The position numbers were made by a program, and so were the translations under genes. Positions 57,688-64,000 of a DNA stretch of 64,000 nt are shown piece after piece; within the stretch, counting starts at the first letter, position 1, and each line of letters starts with the position of its first letter. Under the pieces are notes generated by a model. The model was not told the origin of the DNA and ran no database searches. It saw only the letters and a program-made list of their open reading frames with translations. Source of the stretch: Candidatus Woesearchaeota archaeon (GTDB lineage Archaea; Nanobdellota; Nanobdellia; Woesearchaeales; GW2011-AR9); assembly GCA_018303445.1 (NCBI GenBank), contig JAGVYE010000001.1, positions 2,571 to 66,570 on the forward strand, in the 5' to 3' direction.

Positions 57688-59252
57688 TCTTTAAGAAAAT
57701 TTTTACTAATTGGAGAGTATTATTACTACTTCTTTTTTTGTTATTTTCAGTTATTACCATTAAACCACAGTTTTTCCAGGACGATAGTGTTTCTATAAAA
57801 TCTGTCGCCACAAATTCATCAGCAAATAAGGGGGGAATTGAAAATCCTTCTGCGCATATAAGTCCACTGGCAAGGGAACGAATTGTGGCGATTAATGGCG
57901 ATCCCGTAAAATCAGTAGAGGAGTTTTATTCACTAACTGAGAAAATACCGGGGAATATAAGTGTGAGGGTAGAAACAAACAAGCAAGTATATACTCTACT
58001 CAGCCGGGAAAATGAGCCTGAATTTGGCTTACGTGTTGTAGAAACGCCACGCTCAAATTTACGCAAAGGACTGGATTTAGAAGGAGGAACACGAGTTGTT
58101 CTTAAACCAGCGGAAAAAATTTCTCAAGACGATTTAGATATCACGGTTTCCAACTTAAAAGAGCGCTTAAATGTCTTTGGTCTTAGCGACGTCATAGTGC
58201 GTGGTGCTTCAGACCTTTCTGGCGATGATTTTATCATTGTAGAAATAGCTGGGTTTACAGAAGAAGAAGTTCAAAAACTCTTAGCGAGGCAAGGTAAGTT
58301 TGAAACTGAAATTGGCAACCAAACGGTGTTTATCGGGGGAAAGAAAGACATCACCCATGTTTGTAGAACTCCGGATTGTTCCGGGATCGACCCTACAGTT
58401 GGTTGTCAACAAACAGGGGATGGTTATTTCTGCCAGTTCTTTTTTGCCATAACTCTCAGCCCGGAAGCAGCGGAAAGGCAGGCAAAAATTACTGCTCCAT
58501 TAAAAATTGTCACAGAACAGGGCAAGTCTTATCTTAGCGATGACCTAGTTCTGTATTTGGATGATAAGGAAGTGGATCGTTTGCGGATTGGGGCAGAGTT
58601 GAAAGGCAGGGCGACAACACAAATTCAAATTACAGGCTCTGGTTCAGGAAGAACGCAGGCAGAAGGGATCTCTAATACTTTAGATGAAATGAGGCGTTTA
58701 CAAACGATCCTTATTACAGGGAGCCTTCCAGTTAAGTTAGAGACGGTAAAAGCAGATACCATTTCTCCTTCCTTAGGACAAGAGTTCTTGGATAATATTT
58801 TATTGGTAGGTTTGTTAGCAATTTTAGCGGTCATTATCGTGGTCGTTGTGCGCTATAGAAATTTTAAAGTTATACTTCCAATGGTGTTAGCCATACTTTC
58901 TGAACTGACGATGATTTTAGGCTTTGCTGCCTTGGTGGGGTGGAATTTAGATTTAGCCGGAATTGCGGGAATTATTATTGCCGTAGGAACAGGAGTAGAT
59001 CACTTTATCATTATCACAGATGAGACCTTACGTGGGGAGGTAACATATAATTGGAAGCAAAGGATAAAGAATGCGATGTTTATTGTCATGGGAGCGTATT
59101 TCACTGTCCTTTCAGGAATGCTGCCGTTGTTATGGGCAGGGGCAGGGTTGTTAAAAGGCTTTGCGTTAACGACGATAGCGGGCCTTTCGTTTGGAGTTCT
59201 TATTGCTCGTCCCGCCTATGCGGCCGTAGTAGAAATTTTGTTGAAAGAATAA
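57684..59252 (+). CDS. secD: Protein-export membrane protein SecD (archaeal)
   Basis: 522 aa, large periplasmic domain plus C-terminal 6 TM helices. 'AGIIIAVGTGVDHFIII'. Confidence 0.7.
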   Translation: MIFKKIFTNWRVLLLLLFLLFSVITIKPQFFQDDSVSIKSVATNSSANKGGIENPSAHISPLARERIVAINGDPVKSVEEFYSLTEKIPGNISVRVETNKQVYTLLSRENEPEFGLRVVETPRSNLRKGLDLEGGTRVVLKPAEKISQDDLDITVSNLKERLNVFGLSDVIVRGASDLSGDDFIIVEIAGFTEEEVQKLLARQGKFETEIGNQTVFIGGKKDITHVCRTPDCSGIDPTVGCQQTGDGYFCQFFFAITLSPEAAERQAKITAPLKIVTEQGKSYLSDDLVLYLDDKEVDRLRIGAELKGRATTQIQITGSGSGRTQAEGISNTLDEMRRLQTILITGSLPVKLETVKADTISPSLGQEFLDNILLVGLLAILAVIIVVVVRYRNFKVILPMVLAILSELTMILGFAALVGWNLDLAGIAGIIIAVGTGVDHFIIITDETLRGEVTYNWKQRIKNAMFIVMGAYFTVLSGMLPLLWAGAGLLKGFALTTIAGLSFGVLIARPAYAAVVEILLKE

Positions 59253-59254
59253 AA

Positions 59255-60043
59255 ATGATTTTTGTTAAACCTATTTCATTTCAAAACAATAAAAGACAAA
59301 CATTACGTGGTTTTATTCACGAACCTCGGAAATATACTACGGCAGTTATTGTCCTTCATGGTTTTCCGGGACATTGTGAAGGTTCTGTTCCCTCACGTCT
59401 TGCACTGACATTAGCTATCAAAGGATATCTTACACTACACTTTAATTTTTCTGGTTCTGACACTTCTGAAGGAAAATTTGGAGATAAATTAATTAGTCAG
59501 GAAGTTAAAGAGATTAAATCGGCGATTGATTTTTTGGAACGAACTTATCACTTTAAGCGTTTAGTTATCATTGGTCATTCAACTGGGGCTATCGATGCGG
59601 CATTGTATGCTCACACAGATGAAAGAATTAGTAAGCTCGTGTTGTTAGGCGCAGTCTCAAAATTGAATGAAGCGGTACGGTACGATTTTACGGATAAACA
59701 AGTACGTGACTTTTGGATGAATGGTTATGTTGTCTATAAAAATAAAGATCCGGTGGGGAAGAAGTGGTGGGCTGATGGTAAAAAGTTGAGGAAAACATTT
59801 TATGATGAATTCTTTACGTTAAACATTCCTGCGGCGATTAAAAAATATAAGAAACCATTGTTAATTGTTCATGGAGAAAAAGATGAAGCTATTCCTGTTG
59901 GAAAGGATCCTCATGAACTCTTCCAGATGGCAAATAAACCAAAGAAATTGGCGATTATTAATGGAGCTGATCATAAGTTTACTAATGAAAAGTATTTTAA
60001 GGAATTGGTGAAAGTGATTGTGGAGTTTTGCGAGAAAAAATGA
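59255..60043 (+). CDS. Alpha/beta hydrolase (start set to ATG just after secD stop)
   Basis: 'VIVLHGFPGH' and nucleophile elbow 'IIGHSTGA'. The ORF-track start at 59051 lies inside secD. Confidence 0.55.
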   Translation: MIFVKPISFQNNKRQTLRGFIHEPRKYTTAVIVLHGFPGHCEGSVPSRLALTLAIKGYLTLHFNFSGSDTSEGKFGDKLISQEVKEIKSAIDFLERTYHFKRLVIIGHSTGAIDAALYAHTDERISKLVLLGAVSKLNEAVRYDFTDKQVRDFWMNGYVVYKNKDPVGKKWWADGKKLRKTFYDEFFTLNIPAAIKKYKKPLLIVHGEKDEAIPVGKDPHELFQMANKPKKLAIINGADHKFTNEKYFKELVKVIVEFCEKK

Positions 60044-61470
60044 CTTGGGAAAAACTTATCACGAGGCGATTAGCAGTACAAGTTGCACAAGCTTGGAATT
60101 TTGCTGGTCAGGCTATGCAGAAAGTTTATGGTGTTTCGATTTTTAGTACATTAGTTTTTAAAGATGACAAAAAGACGGAGTATTATGTTGATGAAAAAGA
60201 ACATAAACAGTATGTAGCTGGTTTATACAAACTTCTTCAAAATAAAAAATTCTTGATAAATTTTCACCGCGATGCTCAAAAAAAACTTGAGGAAATATTA
60301 AATGAAGTTCAACAAACACTGTCTTCGAATCTCTCTAATTTTTCCTATGAAGAATTACTTTCCGTTTACCAACATTTTATCCTTCCAAAAGTCGAGCAAT
60401 TTTACATTCGTATGTGGACTGTCTTTAATATTGCTGAACCTTTGACAACAGTTGTTTTACAAAGACTACAAGAGATAGTGAAAGACAGGAAAAAAGCCGA
60501 ACAGTATTTACTTATTTTATCAGCAGCACAAGAAGCAAACGATATTCTTCAAGAACGAATAGAGCTCCTGAAACTCTCGGTTCTTTTTTCAAAACAAGGA
60601 AGGATTAATATGAAAGAAGTTGAAAAGCACACTGGGAAGTATCAACACATTCCTCTTTTTGATTTTGATCACGAGCCTTATCATAAAGAGCATTTTCTGC
60701 AGGAGTTAAAAGAAATAAACAATCCAGAGAAAGAACTCAATGTGATCCAAGTAAAGCTCCATCACAACAAAGAAGAAAGAGAAAATTTACTCAAAAAATT
60801 AAAGTTAGATAATGACACATTACTTCTTATTACTTTCCTAAAGGAGAATGTCTTTCTTCGAGATTATAGAGATATGATCCGGCAGAAGCTTAATCTTCAG
60901 CTTCGCCGTTTCTATATGGAAGGAGGAAGAAGATTAGGTTTGACAATAAATCAAGTGGCTCTTCTTACAAATGAGGAAATTATTACCTCTTTAGAGAATC
61001 ACAAACAATTTTCTCAAAAGATTGCCAAAGAACGTGAAAATAATTTTCTTCTTATTCAACGTGGTTCTTCTGCTGAAATTTATTCAGGGAAAAAAGCTGT
61101 GGAGAAGGCACGAGGCGAGTTACATTCTGAACAAAAGTCCGATGTTTCTGATATTCAAGGAATTGTCGGTTCACCCGGTAAAGTACAAGGTGTTGTTGTT
61201 ATTGTTTATACAAATAAAGACCTCTTTAAAGTAAAGAAAGGAAATGTTCTTGTTGCTACGATGACGAGACAAGATTTTGTTCCTGTGATGCGAAAAGCTG
61301 CGGCTATTATTACTGATGAGGGAGGTGTAACTTGCCATGCCGCCATAATTTCTCGCGAGTTAGGCATCCCTTGTATAGTCGGTGCTAAATGGGCAACTTT
61401 GCAGCTTAAAGATGGGGACTATGTAGAAGTTGACGCTGAGAAAGGAGTTGTAAAATTACTGAAACGTTAG
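60028..61470 (+). CDS. PEP-utilising-enzyme mobile-domain protein with uncharacterised helical N-terminal ~370 aa
   Basis: C-terminal 'VLVATMTRQDFVPVMRKAAAIITDEGGVTCHAAIISRELGIPCIVG' is the PEP-utilizer phosphohistidine swivel domain. Confidence 0.5.
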   Translation: MREKMTWEKLITRRLAVQVAQAWNFAGQAMQKVYGVSIFSTLVFKDDKKTEYYVDEKEHKQYVAGLYKLLQNKKFLINFHRDAQKKLEEILNEVQQTLSSNLSNFSYEELLSVYQHFILPKVEQFYIRMWTVFNIAEPLTTVVLQRLQEIVKDRKKAEQYLLILSAAQEANDILQERIELLKLSVLFSKQGRINMKEVEKHTGKYQHIPLFDFDHEPYHKEHFLQELKEINNPEKELNVIQVKLHHNKEERENLLKKLKLDNDTLLLITFLKENVFLRDYRDMIRQKLNLQLRRFYMEGGRRLGLTINQVALLTNEEIITSLENHKQFSQKIAKERENNFLLIQRGSSAEIYSGKKAVEKARGELHSEQKSDVSDIQGIVGSPGKVQGVVVIVYTNKDLFKVKKGNVLVATMTRQDFVPVMRKAAAIITDEGGVTCHAAIISRELGIPCIVGAKWATLQLKDGDYVEVDAEKGVVKLLKR

Positions 61471-61485
61471 GTATCTTTCTTAGAA

Positions 61486-62139
61486 TTAAACTACATACTT
61501 AATCGCCACATACCCTAAAATCACGAAAATAAAAAGGAATAAGCTCAGCAAGTTAAAGTATTTTTCAATGAATTCTTTGACTCGCTCACCGAAAAAATAG
61601 GTTAGTGTTCCAATAATGAAAAATCTTCCGGAACGTCCTATAACTGAAGCCATAATAAGAACACCTAAACCAACTTGCCAAAAGCCGGAAGCAATGGTAA
61701 ACACTTTGTAGGGGATCGGTGTAAAAGCAGCGGCAAGAATAGCAAGAAAGGCATTCTGTTTAAACAATTCGCTGACGCTTAGAAATTGTTGTTCATAACC
61801 TAAATTTGCGATAATGAATTTACCAATGCTTTCAAAGAGAAAAAAACCAATAAAATAGCCTGTAATCCCGCCAAGTACAGAGAAAAGGGACGCCAGAAAA
61901 GCGTAATGAAATGATTTTTTTGGTTTGGAAATCGAAAGAGCTATTTGTAAAACGTCAGGTGGAACGGGAAAAAAAGAAGATTCAACAAAGGCGAGAATGC
62001 ATAAAGCCATAGTACTATATTTTGATTCTGCCCACGAGAGAACCCAAGAATAGAGTTTTTTAAGAATGGTAAAAGGAGACCACTGCTGAGAAGGAGATGG
62101 TTGGTTTTCATCTTTCCTTTCCGGACTGTTTCCTTCCAT
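61486..62139 (-). CDS. DedA/SNARE-associated family membrane protein
   Basis: 'FFPVPPDV' and 'GRSGRFFIIG' DedA motifs. 5-6 TM helices. Confidence 0.6.
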   Translation of the reverse strand: MEGNSPERKDENQPSPSQQWSPFTILKKLYSWVLSWAESKYSTMALCILAFVESSFFPVPPDVLQIALSISKPKKSFHYAFLASLFSVLGGITGYFIGFFLFESIGKFIIANLGYEQQFLSVSELFKQNAFLAILAAAFTPIPYKVFTIASGFWQVGLGVLIMASVIGRSGRFFIIGTLTYFFGERVKEFIEKYFNLLSLFLFIFVILGYVAIKYVV

Positions 62140-62203
62140 TACTTAGAATTTCTCTTTAATATTAATAAACGTTATGCTCAATTGAGGATTTGTCTAAAAA
62201 CTA

Positions 62204-62221
62204 GAAGAGGGCGGGACTTTA
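62204..62221. repeat. GC-rich inverted-repeat arm GAAGAGGGCGGGACTTTA (partner TAAAGTCCCGCTCTTC at 63266-63281)
   Basis: Read directly. The arms are ~1.05 kb apart and bracket one AT-rich gene. Confidence 0.5.
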
Positions 62222-63199
62222 CTTAACGAAAGAATAATTTATTTTCATTAAGTTATCTCTTGGACTTTTTCGAATTGGTCGGATATACGAAACTTCAGCA
62301 ATTGGATCAATCATCATTATTGTAAATTCTCTTGATTCAGGATTAAAATCATATACAAAGAGATTATCTTCTTTCATATCCCCGATGTTCCAAATTGCTG
62401 TTTTTGCATTTTTTCTAAAATCAGTATATGCTCCAACTAATGCTCATAACATTTCATCATCTGAATCAAAATGTTGTCTTGCATCTCTAACAATTTGGCT
62501 ATGTGGAATTGTGTCATAATTTATTTGAGGATTATTCAATAAATCAGCAGTATTTTCAAAAATTTGTTCAACTGTCGGTTTATCAATTCTTTGCATAAAT
62601 TGGTACTCTTGTGGCTGTTCACCTGAAGCCCCTTCTCTAATTGAAAATCCATAAAAGTTTGGAGTAGCAAAACCATTAGCTCTTAAAGCATTCAATAACC
62701 TAAGTGTCGTTTTCAAATCAACATGTTGGACAATCTTTTTACCTCCGCCAATTATCCCCATCTCTGTTCCAGAAATTAAATCATCATAAGCGTTTGAAAA
62801 TACATCTGATAATTCTTTACCGAGAAACTTTGCAGCATTTGTTACTTTCATTGCAATGCCATCTGCCATAGATAAAGAATAAGAATCACTAAAATTGCCT
62901 GAACCCAGTTTTTCATATCTATCTGGATTTGTTCTCCCATATACAATCTCTTCTAAAACTCCTCTGTCAGATGAAGATAATCTCTTCCTACCTTCTTGAG
63001 TGATAAAGTGATAAAAACCCTCTCTAGAATCATGAACTAAAACACTTCCATCTTCATAGAAGTATGAACCTTTTCCACCTTTGTTTCTTTGTCTAACTAA
63101 GGGAGAACCAACCATATTTTCCACACCTTTTTTTTCACGTAATTGAACTAATGTTGGTGCTTCAGGCAAATTTTTAAGTAATTTAGCTATATCTATCAT
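62219..63199 (-). pseudogene. AT-rich gene of unknown function with in-frame TGA (62444-62446); 251-aa ORF continues for 74 more sense codons after the stop; weak protein-kinase-like motifs
   Basis: '...DSDDEML*ALVGAYTDFRKNAK...YSFVK*' reads in a single frame. 'LGSGNFSDSY...IAMKV' and 'QHVDLK' resemble a kinase Gly loop, VAIK and HRD motifs. Confidence 0.3.
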
Positions 63200-63265
63200 G
63201 AATACCTATAACAACTACTAGTATTTAAATCTTTCGTTTATTAGTCTCTTATAAGTAGTAACTAT

Positions 63266-63283
63266 CATAAAGTCCCGCTCTTC
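63266..63283. repeat. Second arm of GC-rich inverted repeat (TAAAGTCCCGCTCTTCAA)
   Basis: Reverse complement matches 62204-62221 with a 1-2 nt indel. Confidence 0.5.
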
Positions 63284-63447
63284 AATTCTGTTAATAGAAA
63301 GCTCTACGAGCCAGATTACGACAAATCCTCAACTTTGATTTTTTGCCTACGGCATCGTTGCACTAAAAATCAAGTCCTAACGGACGAGCATAACAGGGCC
63401 CGATGTTATGTTAATAATATTTTTGTTAAGGATGGAAGAAAGTAATA

Positions 63448-64000
63448 CTATTTGATGTTATGAAGCAAGCTGAGATGTTCCGCAACAATACGAAACTGTT
63501 TTGCTACTCTGGATCGAGGGTAAAGATAATTTACAGGCGCTTGTTTATGCAGCGATTTTCGTATTTTCCAATCATTTTTTACGTTGGCAATAATCTGCTG
63601 TCCTAAAATAGATTCCATTTCCGACACTTTCATCTCACTCCATCCATGATTGGTGAGGTTTAAGATTACCCCGGCGACGATTTTATGGTGCCTATGGGTT
63701 AATTGTGCGGTCTTAAGAGCTTCGATAGCAGAACTCAGTGTGGGGGTAACAACAATAATAACTTCATCGCATAATTTAACAAGCTGTTCTACATCATACC
63801 CTAAACCACTGGGAGCATCAACAAGCACAAAATCAGCGGTTTCATCTACATGTTCAAAGATTTCTGTTAAATGCTGAATGTTTGTTTTTTGAAATTCGTG
63901 TAAAGAAGTAGAGGCAGGGATGAACGAAAGGCCACTTTCATGGGTATACATAATATCCTTCAGTTCTTTTTCATTTCGAAGAAAATTATTAAGCGTCGCT
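63448..64000 (-). CDS. MinD/ParA-family P-loop ATPase, 5' end beyond window (frame open to nt 64000)
   Basis: 'DFVLVDAPSGLGYD ... VIIVVTPTLSSAIEALKT' is the MinD/ParA central region. There is no stop upstream of the annotated Met within the window. Confidence 0.6.
   Translation of the reverse strand, partial: ATLNNFLRNEKELKDIMYTHESGLSFIPASTSLHEFQKTNIQHLTEIFEHVDETADFVLVDAPSGLGYDVEQLVKLCDEVIIVVTPTLSSAIEALKTAQLTHRHHKIVAGVILNLTNHGWSEMKVSEMESILGQQIIANVKNDWKIRKSLHKQAPVNYLYPRSRVAKQFRIVAEHLSLLHNIK

Noticed and set aside
50434-62446. Two in-frame TGA codons with continuing ORFs (transposase, AT-rich cassette gene) raised the possibility of genome-wide TGA recoding (for example TGA=Gly/Trp)
   Set aside because: TGA terminates several conserved full-length genes here (proC, cysS, pyrG, secF, transketolase N subunit) exactly where homologs end. 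Global recoding is therefore excluded. The two cases are better explained as pseudogenisation or local readthrough.
63291-63447. A relatively GC-rich stretch (ggcatcgttgcac...gggcccgatg) was considered as a tRNA or sRNA gene
   Set aside because: No cloverleaf-compatible stems, no T-loop GTTCRA motif and no flanking T-runs were found. It cannot be supported from sequence alone.

Overview
This is a 64 kb chromosomal segment that is AT-rich (roughly 35% GC by eye) and densely coded on both strands. Many markers are archaeal: proteasome-activating nucleotidase (PAN), proteasome alpha subunit, RNase P Pop5, the ribosome-maturation factor SBDS, replication factor C large subunit, archaeal-type GluRS and GlyRS, a split transketolase, SecF/SecD, TrmB and Trm5. 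Several bacterial-type metabolic modules sit alongside them. No rRNA, tRNA or CRISPR array could be supported.

Housekeeping genes: four aminoacyl-tRNA synthetases (gltX, cysS, valS, glyS), gdhA, guaB, pyrG, pan, psmA, rfcL, secDF, an SSB-like OB-fold protein and trm5.

Metabolic and redox modules: a compact proA-proB-proC operon; a zwf-gnd-pgl oxidative pentose-phosphate operon plus a SIS-domain isomerase-like gene, with the split transketolase nearby; a NitT/TauT-type ABC transporter next to TrmB; and an extracytoplasmic thiol-disulfide cluster (two VKOR paralogs, CcdA/DsbD, a thioredoxin-like protein, a glutaredoxin-like protein, DoxX, a flavoprotein disulfide reductase and NDH-2).

Accessory and unusual items: an IS element with 15-bp terminal inverted repeats whose transposase carries an in-frame TGA, inserted right after sdo1 where archaeal genomes normally carry exosome genes; a Nudix pseudogene; an AT-rich gene with an in-frame TGA flanked by GC-rich inverted repeats; a YraN-like nuclease paired with an IstB/DnaC-like AAA+ protein that has a novel N-terminal domain; a cold-shock-domain protein with an acidic tail; a degenerate cupredoxin domain protein; three unannotated small ORFs with good Shine-Dalgarno sequences; and a GC-rich structured non-coding element between pyrG and secF.

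All calls rest on motif-level reading of the supplied translations. No database searches were run.
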